Origin: Dimorphilus gyrociliatus
Taxonomy: Eukaryota; Animalia; Annelida
Assembly: GCA_904063045.1 (NCBI GenBank)
Contig: CAJFCJ010000029.1
Location: 434,001 to 498,000, forward strand
Direction of reading: 5' to 3'
DNA: 64,000 bases
Below the pieces are notes generated by a model that was given only the letters and a program-made list of their open reading frames with translations, searched no databases and was not told where the DNA came from. Each line of letters starts with the position of its first letter. Position 1 is the stretch's first letter. Positions 39,601 to 53,676 of the stretch are shown piece after piece. Made by a program: the position numbers and the translations under genes.

Positions 39601-42600
39601 GAAATACCTCAATTACGTGACAGAACTTGAACGCGTTGAGCTAGCGGTTTGGTAAACAATGCAAAACTTATTGACCCGGTTTCGGACATTTGTCAACATT
39701 AAACTGGAAATTAAAGTACACATTTCACTTTAGAGAAAGTAAAGAGTAAAATAGTCTGTAAGAGTTTACAGGATAATTAGCTATTTGAATGACATTTTCG
39801 TTTAAGAGAACTAGTATTAGTTATTGATTGTTTGCGATTCGCGATTCTATTCAATTGCTTCTCATTAAAGGAAAGAGGGGATAGACAAAATTGAATTGAG
39901 TCGATTGCGTAGTTTGCGTGCCTGAGAGCACGAGGGTAGCGGACGGATGTTAATCAAATAGTTACGTAATTACGGTCAAGCTATACACACAGCGACAGGT
40001 ATTGCTGCTTTTACCGATGAGAATCTTGCGTGTTGAATAGCCGTAATTTCCGATTTTAATTTATGGTCGACGTGTTTCTTTTGACAATAGAAAGTGTGAA
40101 TATATTTTTTTTGTTTAGTTTACCCGCAAAAAAGAAATAAAAAGCGATATGGGCCCGCGTCTTAAATAGAAAATGAAAATATCTGAATTTTCTTTTCTAT
40201 TCGTACCCAGGATTTTTATCTTGAAGAGCGATCTATAAATCATTTGACAAAATTGTAAAACGTTCAGATAAAAGCTGTTTTAGCACGCTTTATTGAAATT
40301 TATGACATTTTATAATTTGATGTAGCATGCCAGTGTGGTCTTATTTTATAAAAGAAAGAAGTCTTTTCTTTTTTATTTAGTTTTCTCTTAAAAGGCCATC
40401 TGGTTGTTGCGTGCGCATCAAATTATCTTTTATTAAAACCGTCCACTTTGAAGTTGTCTTTTTACATCCGATTTTCAGATCAATTTAAAAAGGATTTGTA
40501 AAATTTTAATTCTCACAGAGATCATGTGATCTATTTGCTAACATATTTTATGTACAAAAGTAAATTCTTTTATTAAACTCATCCAATATCCAGATGCCGT
40601 AGTATTTTTTTTCTCTCTTACTTGGGAAAAAAAAAGAAAAGAAATAATCAACCATTATGTTATTATCATTTCATTCTTTTTGATCTCTTCACAATTTGTG
40701 ACGGGTTACCTAATATTTTCATCGATTACAGCAAGTATTTTGATATGGGCAGCTGTCACTATTCCCATTTTCTAGAAGCTAAAAATACTTATATTTTACT
40801 GTATATAAACATAAACGCCCGTATAACAGAACTAGTCTCAATTTTTTTCTCTCCACCCTGTCACCCACGCTACCCCTCTTACCTTCTCTCTCTCTCTTTT
40901 TTACAAAATAAAGAAATAGAGTAAACAGACTATAAATTTGCTAAGCGTTTATAAATAGGCCTTGTCCATAAAAATTGAGATACGGTAGTCTTCTTTGTTA
41001 TATTTGGATATACAGTATACAACAGTATTATAAAAGCGTTAAAATATGTATAAATTGTTATAATAAGCTGTCTTTCTGTTGATTTGATTTCCTTTATTCA
41101 TTTTTACCTTCGCCATTAAACGATCCATCGCCGGACTGTTTGCTCGGCAACTCAATACATTCGGGTCGAAACGCTAACGCAAACAACGCAGTTAAAGTCT
41201 CATAAAAATAGCGAAAGAAAGAAGTGGCTGAGGTAAAATGACCGGACATTCAAATGAACAGATTGAATTGTTTGGTGTAGTGCTAGAGGCAATATTAAAC
41301 CATAACTGACTTGTCCTGCTCTCTTTTAAAGCGTCATTGTTCACTTAAGGTTGGTTTTGAATATAAAAAAGAAAGAAAAAGAAGGAGAGCCAACGTTTTT
41401 GAATTTGAATGCTAGTACGCTTCGCTTAACGCTTCAATGTTACTCGAATAGTCCCTGGTTCTCTCCCAAGCCACACTCCTTTTTTTGTGTTTTTAAAAAA
41501 AAGCGGAAAATATGTAAGCAATTAACCCGTTTTACTTTCCTCTATTCTCTAGGTTATTGCAACAGACAACGATTGCTCACCAACAGAGCTTACCTATTCA
41601 ACTGAAAATTCTATTAGTCCGTTTAGAATCGAATCGAATTCAGGAAAGATATGTATCGGCTCACGGCTCGATTATAACGCCCAAAACGTATACGAATTCA
41701 ACGTGATCGCTACCGATTCAGGTGAGTCGATTGTACTTTTATAGAACACCTCGCCAGGGTGTCCCATATACTTTTTTAAATAGAGCGCGTTGGAGAAAAT
41801 TACGGTCAACGTTTCTTTAATATAAAAAGTTTTTAAAAGTTTATAATATAGAATTTCCTTTTCTTATTTCTCACCTTTAATTTCATATTTTAAGGTGGTC
41901 TGGCAACCTCCACACTTGTTAAGATACACGTGTCGGATGTTAATAATAACTATCCGATATTCGAACAAACCAACATAGAAGTTAGCATACCACCTACTTT
42001 TGGTGTTTCTAACCCTATTTTGGCGGTGAGAGCAAATGATAAAGATACAGGATATTACGGACTGGTGACATATAGCATCAAATCCGGTAATATTAATGGA
42101 CTCTTCGTAATAGATAAATATACAGGTAAGAGCTGACACCCTACTTAATGGATATAACATTTCAACGACGTTCCTTCTTTCTTCTCAGGTGTTGTCAAGC
42201 TAACAAGGGACATATCACACCTGTCTCTAGACTCTTTTGCATTGGAAATTGCGTGCCAAGACGGCGGTGGTCGGAAGGCTCAAGCGAATGCCTTTGTTTC
42301 GATTCTTATATTAAGACCATCTAGTTCTGCCCCCAAAGTTAGCTTTTCAAAAACTTTATACTCATTCGAAATTGACGAAAATAGTTCAAAAGGAGCTTAT
42401 ATAGGCCGTGTCGCAGCGGCTTTATCATCAGGTATGAATAAACAATTATTAATACAACATCCTCTATTTAAACTAGTTACGATATTGTTTACATCCTTTA
42501 TTTTAGGTACAACACCCATTTATTACACCCTATTATCTGGCAATCAATTGAACTTTACACAATTGGATCCCAATACGGGGACATTAAGAGTGAACGAAAG

Positions 42601-45600
42601 TCCCAATCACGAAAAGGCTAAAGTTGTTTTTCTTCGCATTCAAGCTCGATCCGGGAATGTTTTAGCAACAGCTCAAGCAAATATTACCATAAAAGATCTA
42701 AACGATAATACACCAAAGTTTAATAGTAACCAAGTAAATTTAAACTTGAATGAAAGAATACACATCGGTACTGAAGTCTATTCAGTAAAAGCGACTGATG
42801 AAGATAGCCAACAGAATGGAAGAATTCGATATAATTTAATCGACCCCACAAATACTTTCATCTTGGACGAATCGATACTAAAACTGCAAAAGAAGTTGAA
42901 CTTTGAAGAGACTAAAAAATATGAATTAAAAATTATAGCTTCCGATCAAGGATTTCCTCAAAAATCGACTAGTTTAAAATTAAATATAGCAGTTTTGGAT
43001 ACCAATGACCACTCTCCAGTCTTTCCTCGAAGTCTTTACAAAATAGAAACTAGCGAAAATGTTGATATTGCTACTAGCCTTGCCAAAATATCAGCTGTTG
43101 ATAAAGATTCTCGATTGAACGGGAAAGTGATTTATGATCTAGAGGGACCGTCTAATGTTAAAAGACATTTCGGTATCTTTCCTAATAATGGCGTCCTTTT
43201 CAACAAAGTCAAATTAGATAGAGAAAAAGCAAGCGATTTCATGTTTAAAATTGTTGCTAGAGACAGAGGAACACCCAGCCAAACTTCAACTACTAGTGTT
43301 ATATTAACAATTTTAGACTCAAATGATAATGCTCCTCAATCCCTAGAAGACGAATATAATTTTAAAATATCTGAATCTAAAGGGCCTTTGGCGATTGTAG
43401 GCAGTCTATATGCTCACGATATCGACGAAGGTATTAATTCGAAACTTTCATATTCTATAGAAGAAAATGCCTTATTCAGTATAAACTCGGAAACTGGAAC
43501 TATACAATTGAGAAAGAAATTAGATAGGGAAACTCAAGCTTATCATGAACTTATGGCAACCATTAGCGATTCGGGGGAGCCGCCTCTGTCGGCAAAGATA
43601 AAAGTCACCATACGCGTTGAGGACGCCAACGATAATAAACCGGAATTCACCTACATTGATCAATTAGTTCTTGATGTGAATGAAAATGAGGCCAAAGGTT
43701 ATTTTCTAGCTAACGTCACAGCTCATGATCCGGATGACGGAGTTAACGGGGCAATCAGATATTTTCTCGAACCAGGTAAATAGATCGGCCAACTGAATAT
43801 ATTGTAGGGTTTATTTGCTGTATGTATAGAAAAATTCTTTTGTTGTAGATTCCGACAATGAAGCGGATTACAGATCGTTCCGAATTCATACACACAGCGG
43901 AGCTTTACGCACGCATAAAGTTCTCGATTATGAGGCAAAGCAGTTCTATAGTTTTCGGGTAGAGGCGCGTGATTCCGGTAATCCCGTGCTAAGTAATTAT
44001 CAAAGGGTTCGTGTGAATGTTAGGGATATTAATGAACACCAGCCTCGTTTCGATTCAAATATCATACGATTCACTGTCAAAGAAAATGTTCCATTACCTT
44101 ATATAGTTGGTAAATTGAACGCATCCGATTTAGATTTTGGTGCTTCCGGTACGATAAGTTATTGGATTGTTGGAGGAAATCCTTTTGGAACATTCGGTGT
44201 TAATAGAACCTCCGGTGAAATATATGCTGCCAGAACTATTGATTATGAGCTTGCTTGCCAACACGAAATGATAGTTGAAGCTTTAGATAACAGCCCGAAT
44301 AGTCCAAAGTTTTCTAAAGTTAAAGTTATAATAAAAATCGAAGATATCAATGATAATGCACCAATTATGCAAGCTTTACCACCCTCAATTTCTATCAGCG
44401 AAAACAGCCCTAGAGGAAGTCTTTTACACACATTTTTAGCTACTGATAAAGATGACGGTCCAAGGGGAAAAGTTCGGTATCACATTGATAATTCTGATTC
44501 TTGTTGTTCAACCTGGTTTATGATCAATGAAAATACTGGAGAGCTAAGAGTTAATGGGAATGTTGACCACGAAGAAACAAACGAAACATTTATCGTTTTG
44601 AAGGCTCAAGACCAGGATCCAGATTCAGCTCAAAGACTCTCGGTATCATCTGTCATTCGTATAAAAATTCTCGATGAAAACGACAATAAGCCATTGTTTG
44701 ATGTTCAAAGTAAAATATATATGATGGAAGATGAAAAAGTGGGATATCCCGTTATTAATATTTTTGCTACTGATAAAGATTCAGGCCTAAATGGACGTCT
44801 CACATACGCGATTGTTTCAGGAAATGAAAGAGGAGATTTTACTTTGAATCCTTTGACAGGCCTACTTTCAACTAGCGAACTGTTAGACAGAGAAACTATT
44901 GCAAGCTATGTCTTGAATATTTCCGCTCAGGACGGAGGAACTCCAAGACAAATTTCCTACCATGCTTTGCGAATAAATTTAGTTGATGTCAACGATGACG
45001 TTCCAAAGTTTGAATATGATATATACGAAGCAACAATAAAGGAAAATCAAAAACCAGGGCAAATTGTTAGAACAGTTAAGGCCATTGATAACGACGAGGG
45101 TGACTTCGGTACAGTGGAATACCTTATCCCTAACGGCATTGCGCAAAATCTTTTCAAGATCAATCCCAATAACGGTCTCATAACTACAACTCAGAAAATC
45201 GATAGGGAATCACTCGATCCCGGTTTTGTCGTTTTTTCAGGTTAGTTTTTTCTTTATTAGCTTGTTATAAAAATCACACTGATATGCTTTTGTCAAAAAA
45301 AAATAGTTTACGCCCGTGACAAGGCCTATCCAGCTCATTATTCATCCTGTCAAATTCACGTGTTAATCGAAGATGAAAATGATAATTTCCCACAATTCAA
45401 ACATGATCATCAAACTATTTACGTTGACGAAAACGAAAGAAGAACTGCCGTAATTTATCAATTCTTTGCGTCGGATAAAGATCTCGATCAAAATTCTATA
45501 TTGAAGTTTGATATAATCGGTAAGGGTTCTGTACCTTTTAGCACGCTATTTACCAATCTTGCTTTTCCATTTACATTTATTTACTTTTTTCACTTATTTC

Positions 45601-48600
45601 AAACTCTGTCCATAGGTGGGAATACAGGAAAAAAGTTTTCAATAGACCAGCATAATGGAGAATTGAGGGCTGAACCTCTAGATAGAGAGGAAAAAGCTTC
45701 TTATACACTGACGGTTTTAGCCAGAGATAATGGATCTCCTTCAAAATCATCATCAGCTACACTTACAGTTTTGGTTAACGACGAAAATGACAATAGCCCT
45801 ATTTTTTCTTCCAATTATGATATATCCATACCAGAAGATGTAGACGTTGGGAAAGAAATTGTCCTTATTTCTGCCTCGGATCTCGACGAGGGGGCAAATG
45901 CCAAAATATCTTACTATTTAGATCAAGATGCTAGAGGTCTTTTTAGAATTGAAAAGAAAACTGGAAAATTGAGAACAAGAAAAAGGTTAGACAGAGAAAA
46001 ACAAGAACAGATCCAGATAAGTGTATGTGCTAAGGACGGAAGTCCTTATAATCCAAAAACAACTTGCACCAGTGTTAGAATACGACTAACTGATATTAAT
46101 GATAACGCTCCTGAATTTGAAAAATCCGCGTATTTCTCTGATGATGATGATGGTATTCGAGATAAATTCATTCTCCAAATAAAGGCTACAGATAAAGATG
46201 AGGGAAATAATGCCAAAATATCCTTTTCTATTAAGGAAAATTCCCAATATTTCTCCATAAACTCCAAATCTGGAGAAATAAGAACAAAAGCAAACGTTCC
46301 TACTGGTTCGTACGCTCTTACCGTTCTAGCTAAGGATGGTGGATCTTCTCAACTCTCAAGTTCTGTTCCCGTTAGAATTAGAATCGGAAATAAATCTGGC
46401 AATAATCTGCAGTTCACTGAAGCGGTTTATCAAGTAACTCTTGATGAGAATGCTCCTGAAGATACAATTGTAACAAACGTTCGTACGACGTCAGGAAATG
46501 GGGTAGTGTATACATTCATTTCCGGTAACGAATTAGATACTTTCAAAATAGACGCAAGAGGTAATAATTCATTAATTTCAATTTACATAATTGATCAATT
46601 GTCAATATTTTTCAGGTCGAATCACGGTGAAGAACAACAAACGATTAGATTTTGAAGAGATTCAAACGTTGAAACTAGTTGTTTTGGGCGAATCTGCAGG
46701 AACCTATGCTTATTGCACTGTAGATATAACAATAAGGGATGTAAATGACAACAGCCCAATATTTTCTGAAAACTTGTATGAGGCTTTTATTTCTGAAGAA
46801 AATCCCCCTGACCTAATTGTCGCACAAGTGTCTGCATTGGATATTGATTCAGATCAATATTCGAAATTGACTTACCATATTATATCTGGTAACACCAACG
46901 AAGTTTTTAAAATCGAGCCTGCCTACACCGGCGTTATAAAGACAAATGTAATACTTGATCGTGAAATAAAAGACCGGTATGAATTAATTATAGAGGCTAA
47001 AGATAAAGGTTTCCCTGTAAATAGTGCAAGTTGCACGTTCATCGTTACGGTATTGGATGTAAATGATAATGCACCTTTCTGGCCAAGATATAGTCCAAAG
47101 AAAATATCTGAAAATAGCCAAATTGGCAGTATTGTAATGCAAGTTACAGCAAATGACGCCGACGTCGATCCAAAAATAACATATAGACTTTTAACAAATC
47201 CTCATCAAACATTTACTATTGATCGTTATAATAACACTGGTCATATCTTCTTGGCAAAAAAGCTAGATTATGAATTGGAAAAACGCTTCGTTCTAACTAT
47301 TGAGGCGACGGATGCCGATAAAAAGCATACCTCAACAACTACTGTTGAAATTTTGGTGGAGGATGAGAACGATAATGCGCCGAAACTTGATCAAAGTCAA
47401 TATTACGTAAGTTTCGACGAACTAATAGCCTTTGGCAGATACTTGCTAGATCTATTTTTAAGATAAACCATTCTTTTCAGGTAAAAGTAAACGAACTAAC
47501 AAAAGCCAATCAGATTGTAATTCGTTTGAACGCTACCGATTTGGATGATGGTGATAATGGAAGGTTGACGTACGAAATTGAAGGAGGCAATCAGAATTTT
47601 AGTATTGATGCTACAACTGGCGTTATTTCAACTAAAACTGATATTGTTTACACAAATAATCCGATAGAACTATATGTTCAAGTTAGGGACAATGGTAAAG
47701 ATCCGAAAAGTGTTAAAGGCCAAGTAATAATCGATATCACAGATGTAAATAATAACTCACCTGTGTTTTTAAACAAAAATCATCAATCGTGAGTAAAAAT
47801 AAGTCTATTTTTATAAATGCTCCATTAACTAATTAGCATTTCCTCTTCTATTAGATTTTTACTTCGCGAAGACTCTTCGATTAATCATTTGATAGGAAAA
47901 TTTACTGCAACTGACGATGATCACTCTGATAATGGAAAAATTGAATATCATCTGCAATCGGCAGAAGATTCTTCAAAATTTGTTCTTTCATTAGCAACGG
48001 GAAATCTCTTTCTGGCCAAACCCTTGGATAGGGAGGAAAAGAGCATCTATACACTTACCATAATAGCTAAAGACAAAGGATTAACTCCATTATCAGCGTC
48101 GATAACGTGCACAGTTATTGTAACTGACGTTAATGATGAAAAGCCAATTTGTGAAAAGAATGTATACGAGACAAGCTTGAGCGAAAAAGCAACGATTCGC
48201 AATAATTTTTTACAAGTTAAAGCCAACGATTTAGACGAAGGTCCAAATTCTGTTATTTCTTATTCAATACTTTCTGGAAATGAGGGCAATCAATTCTCAA
48301 TTAACTCAAAAACTGGTCAACTACAATTGAATAAGCGATTGAATTATGAATGGAAACATGAACACGAAGTAACCATTCAAGCCAAAGATTCTCCCACGAA
48401 TGGCGAAGCATTATTTGGTTTTTGTACAGTTAAAGTTCATGTTGAGGACGAAAACGAATATCCACCTCAATTTCCACGACCCGTATTTACGGCTGCAGTG
48501 AAAGAAAATCAAACGCCACCAACGAAAATAATGTCCATACCAGCAAACGACAAAGACGGCGGCCGTTATGGATATTTGGAATATCAACTTTTAACAAAAA

Positions 48601-49751
48601 CAAAAGAATTTTTTATAAAATCTTCAACTTTGTATACAAACATTACAATGGATTACGAAGGAGTTAGAAATTATAAATTGGAGATACTTGTGAAAGATGC
48701 TGGAGATAAGTCCGCTAAGGCTAATCTTTATGTTGAAGTAGAACCTTTGAAACCAATCTTCACTGAAGAAGACTACTTATTTCAAATATTTGCTAACGTT
48801 CGTGTTGGTCAGTATATAGGTCAGGTGAAGGCCGTCGACCAAAGAACACCGAAATCACCTGTCACGTATTCTATAGTCTCGAATAACCCCGCTAGCCAAA
48901 AGTTCTCCATCAACTCGACAGGTCATGTTAAAACTACAGCTAATTTAATTAATATAAAAGAAGAAAGATTAGAATTGACAATAAGAGCTCAGGCGGGTAC
49001 AAGATCTAGTTTAGTAACGGTATGGATAACTCTCAGCCGAGATTGCGAAGGTTGTTCACCATCTTCTGGCAGTAGCGAATCCGACGGATTATTGCTAGTG
49101 CTTATGGTGATTTTCGGAATTATAGCCGTCATTGCCTGTGTTATTATAGTCGTCTTCTTGATACTACGAAAGACAAGACGAAAGAAGGTGCCTCCACCTG
49201 CCACATTTTCTACAACTACTTCTAGTTTACCCAGGACTTCCAATGGCTTTCTGCATTCCGATCATCATTCGTCACCAACGAGCGGGCGAGGTTCCGTATC
49301 AGAGGTGGATAAGGAAATCACAATGATAAACGATAGTAGGACTAGTTACAGTTCCGGCGATCGGGTTGCCGACAGTGGTCTACCAGACGAGACACCACCA
49401 ACCCCATTAAATCATGTTGAATATCTTGCCCGATTGGGTATTGAGCCAGTAAAAGTAAACGGTAGATCAATTGAAAGTATACAATCCTTCGGTGAAGAAG
49501 GAGGCGGAACATACATGTGGGATCACTTACTAAATTGGCAACCAGAATTTGCTAATATGTCTCAGGTATTTACGGAAATAGGCGATTTACAAGATATAGC
49601 TGTTCGTAAAGAACCAACAAAAATAGTTCAACAACGAACAAACACGGCCTTTTCCGTTCCGAGGACGGACCCTCCTCCAGTTTTAACAAGTACACCGCCA
49701 AGGACTGTTAATCAATCGAATACGAATAACCAGTTTGAATTTCGCATTTGA
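36686..49751 (+). CDS. ds/DCHS: Dachsous protocadherin, about 3058 aa, 27 cadherin repeats; exons 36686-38404, 41553-41721, 41895-42125, 42189-42431, 42507-43775, 43849-45240, 45307-45519, 45616-46560, 46616-47406, 47481-47788, 47855-49751
   Basis: All 10 introns are GT-AG and phase-consistent. 27 repeats counted from DxNDN-type linkers, one TM (LLLVLMVIFGIIAVIACVIIVVFLIL), and Dachsous-type tail motifs SGRGS, YMWDHLLNWQPEFANMSQVFTEIGDL and terminal EFRI. The start could instead be the downstream MLFIY. Confidence 0.92.
38746..39970 (+). promoter_or_regulatory. Cluster of PAR-bZIP/NFIL3 (D-box) sites in dachsous intron 1
   Basis: Identical GTTACGTAAT at 38746-38755, 39314-39323 and 39961-39970, plus variant ATTACGTGAC at 39612-39621. 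Confidence 0.5.
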
Positions 49752-52311
49752 CTGTGATATGTACGCTGTTGTTTGAGAACTGCCACAAAAATGTTTCTGT
49801 ATAGACTATACAGTAGAAAGTACTGTATATTAACGTTTAATGTATATATACTGTATACTATATATAAATTATATATATATAGTAATGTTTTGCCTCTGTT
49901 TATTACTCTTATTTTATCGTCATATCAAAGAATAAGAAGAGGAAGTAACTGAAATCTTTCTTTTAAAATCTCTTTCCATAAAATTAAGAAAAAATATTAA
50001 AGAAAGAGAGCTATAGATAGAGAGAAAATAAGATAGAAAGAAGAGAAGAGGAAGAAGAAATCTTTATGTTTATAATGTTAAAATTGTTGAAGATCTGCTA
50101 TTTTATTGAATATTTTTTACAACTGATTAAAAAGAAATCATTTTTTTTGTTTTTTTTTTATTAAAAGAAAATATGTTTATAGAAAAAAAAGGAAAAAAAA
50201 AGAGTAATTGAACTATTCTCTCTCCTCGACTGTTGAACTTGATACTAAGATATAATTTACTATATTTATCATTAATTCCTTATAGACCAATTTTTACGGT
50301 AATCTTACCTATCAATTTTATCTATATTACTTTTTCGAATTATATATACTCATCTTTTACGACCTTTCCACGCCTATATAATTATTTCTACTGTCAATAT
50401 CGTTATACCCGAACCGAATAATTCTTTAATTAGTTTTACATTAAAAATACGAGACAGATGTGGACGATTTCAATCAAGAAGAAGAGAGAAAAGTAATTAA
50501 ATTGCTTAAATTCAGGGGCTTTTCTCAAATCGAATCAGTAGTGTGACTAATTAATATACGCATAAAGTAGTACAACAATTTGACTACAGATGGAAGCACT
50601 CAAACATTTCAGAGTCTAGACATGACTAAGACATTTCTAAAGGAGAAGTAATCAATTTTGAATGTTCGTATAAAATCCATTCGCAGAAAATGCGTTATCT
50701 ATATTGCATAGTTACAAAAAAATTGTTTCTTTCAACTTTCCTGTTAAGTATGACGTGAAAAAAAATACGACAAAGGAAAGTCAATGAAATATTCACCTTT
50801 ATGTTCTAGTTTCATAACTTAAGATAAAAATTGCAGAAACAACAATCATTGAATACCCTTTTTTATGTAACAAGCCCAACAAGAAGTATATCTATTGTTA
50901 TTAGTGATTACTAGTCAAGCGGAATATACTAATCTAATGACAATACACTACTTATAAATTTTCCGTATTTATATAGCGTATGAAACTATTAGCGCATATC
51001 GGTTTGTCTATTTCTCTCTGCTGATTCTTCAGCTCTTTATCACTTATTCTCTACATATACTTACAATATATATAAACAAATATATATATACATATATATA
51101 TATACAATGTACTTTGAACTTTCTACTATTGAAATGCAAAAGAGAAATCGATAATTAATTAATATTCAAAGAAATTTATTACCTAAATTTAATGCTATTT
51201 ATGTGGTTTATAAATAATAATGATATTGCATTTAGAATAAATTACAAAGAGGTTTAGAACGAACTTATCGAAAATCGATATTCAACATTTGTATAAAAAA
51301 ACATATATCATTTTTTGTAAAGAAATTTCTGTATTATATGCTTTTCTACTTAAAATTTTCCTCTATTTGTGAATAATTTAGCATAATTAAATTATTGATA
51401 ATCGTTAATTAATTAATTACATTTGATTGTTACAGTACTCTAGTTGAACTATTGCAAAAAGGAAGAAGCAGACTACTTGCATATGCTATCTATAAGTCTG
51501 AAGAAGCTATCATTTCAATTTTAAAGCTTATTACGAACATTTGCAAGATGATGGCAAAGTTCATTATTCCACTTTCGAAATCATAAAAAAATAAAAAATA
51601 CTAAAAGCAAAATTCTAAAAATAGAAAGTATCTTCTATAAATCCCCGATTCAGATATAAAATTCTTGAATTGCTTTATAAAAACTAACTGCTTTTTTTTG
51701 TTTTGTTTTTCTTTTTTGAAAAACAACACAAACATAATAAAAAAATAAATGAACTTTGTTAATGTATAACATTACATTCTATTTTTCTTTTTATGTTTGT
51801 ACGTTCTTATCTTTTTGAATACAACCGAGTGGGAATCTTTTGTATTCGATATAGTTCGTATCGTTTTCTTTATGTATTTGAATTTTTCAATAGGATAGTC
51901 AATTGAGAAGATGTTGCAGGTTTATATTAATAGGCTTAATTTATCCAAATTCAAGGTCTAAATCTAAAGTGAAAGTATGCCAGCAGTGATTTTTTCAAGT
52001 CTTTTATTTTAGAAAAGAGTTGTGTTAATTTGTATATTTCTTTAGAGTAAACACAAAAACAAGTAAAAAGTGTCAATATACATATATCATATATATATAT
52101 AGATCATGTGTTTTTGTTAATCTAGTGCGTTCAAGACCTATAAATTTATTCAATTTAATTAAGCGACTTCTTTATACTGCAAAATACAAAAGATATTTTG
52201 CAGTTTTCTTAAAAAAATAAATAAAAAAATGTAGATACATGTAAATAATATATATATATATATTAAAATATAATATATATTATATATCTTAAAATATCTC
52301 TTATCTTTCAT

Positions 52312-53676
52312 TCAAGCAGAGTTTTGTTTTCGGTGCCATAAGTGTGAGGCGACGGCAACTACGGCACCAGGAATGAATCTCACAAAAGTGTCTCCTGCCA
52401 AAGCCCCAATTGCAAACATCCCTTGTGACCTCGTTATCTGGTGCGTTACGGGATCAATATCGATAGGGTTATGTTTAACAGAAATCGGAGCGTCATCAAC
52501 TATGCCCAAATTTCGACCGTCCCCTGGAAGAAATGATAGGTCGGGTCGTGTGCCTATTGCAACAAGAACTTTGCGCACTCGGACGAAATGATTAGTATTG
52601 GAGTTTTCAAGTAGCACGTGGCCAGCGCTGAATAGTTCAAGGACACGGTGCTGAGGTAGGGGTGTGTAGAGTTCGTCTCGTAATTCTTCTTTCATAAGAG
52701 ACATAACTTTTTTATATTCTGGATAAGCTTTTGAGGCCACTTTACGGAGGATATGGGCCCGATCTTTCGGATCCCTTCGGAATGCGTGTAGAACGGGCAC
52801 ACCAGCTTCTAATAATGTCAGAATTGAGTCAGCAGCACTTAATCCGGCTCCAACTACTAAAACTGGATCTGTTGAATCATTGAAATCTACTAAAACGTCC
52901 CTAACATTATTAACTACGTAGTCTTCGTGTTCGCCGATAACGCCCAGTTTTTCTTTAATATCTGACTGGCCAGTTGCCAAAACAACATAAGACGCTCTGT
53001 AGCAGAAAGACGTCGTTTTGCCTGTTAAAGGATCTGTCTGATGCCCTCGAACGTCGTACTTATGACATCCGAAATGAGAACGTGAACACGGTATCTGTTC
53101 ACCGCTTTCTGCGTCAATCTCGTGCGCAACGTCCAATACTCGTTCTACGCACGTGACGGTCGTGTTTGGTCGAATATAATCTGAAACTAGGCCAGAATAG
53201 GCTTTATAATATCTTCGTAAATCATTGGGTACAGCTCGCTGGAAACGATTCTGGGCCGTATATTTCAGACCAGGCAACTCCATCCAGCCAGCTTTGCTCA
53301 CAGTTTTTTGCTCATATTTAGAATCGAGACTATTCCAGACACCGCCTCCTTCGCTTTTTCCTAATACCACGTGATTTATGGCCCTTTCTGGATGATATTT
53401 CCATTCTAAATTCGATTCTTCTTCCGATCCCACATCGGCTCCTGGGCATCGTAACGAGTCTATTAGTTTCGGTATAGGATTGCTCGATCTTCCGTCTACT
53501 GCCAATTGAGATAGTAAATCCAAATCGTGTTCAATTAGCGATATCTTGGAAGATAAATGCTTGATCAAAGGATGTTCAGCGTCTGCCCTCAAATAAGGCC
53601 AATGACCAGACAAAACATACGATGTGAATAGACCGCTTGGACCGTTTCCTACTACCACTACGTCGATGTATTCCAT
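52312..53676 (-). CDS. OSGIN: Oxidative-stress-induced growth inhibitor (OSGIN1/2-like FAD-dependent oxidoreductase)
   Basis: VVVGNGPSGLFTSYVLSGHWPY, GRSSNPI..LIDSL..P.AD, second dinucleotide motif LVVGAGLSAAD and C-terminal FAIGALAGDTFVRFI. First in-frame ATG is 53676 (MEYIDV); the ORF track starts at GTG 53754. Confidence 0.88.
   Translation of the reverse strand: MEYIDVVVVGNGPSGLFTSYVLSGHWPYLRADAEHPLIKHLSSKISLIEHDLDLLSQLAVDGRSSNPIPKLIDSLRCPGADVGSEEESNLEWKYHPERAINHVVLGKSEGGGVWNSLDSKYEQKTVSKAGWMELPGLKYTAQNRFQRAVPNDLRRYYKAYSGLVSDYIRPNTTVTCVERVLDVAHEIDAESGEQIPCSRSHFGCHKYDVRGHQTDPLTGKTTSFCYRASYVVLATGQSDIKEKLGVIGEHEDYVVNNVRDVLVDFNDSTDPVLVVGAGLSAADSILTLLEAGVPVLHAFRRDPKDRAHILRKVASKAYPEYKKVMSLMKEELRDELYTPLPQHRVLELFSAGHVLLENSNTNHFVRVRKVLVAIGTRPDLSFLPGDGRNLGIVDDAPISVKHNPIDIDPVTHQITRSQGMFAIGALAGDTFVRFIPGAVVAVASHLWHRKQNSA

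Noticed and set aside
38979-41605. Short ORFs inside dachsous intron 1 (possible nested gene)
   Set aside because: Non-ATG starts, low complexity and no consistent exon chain.
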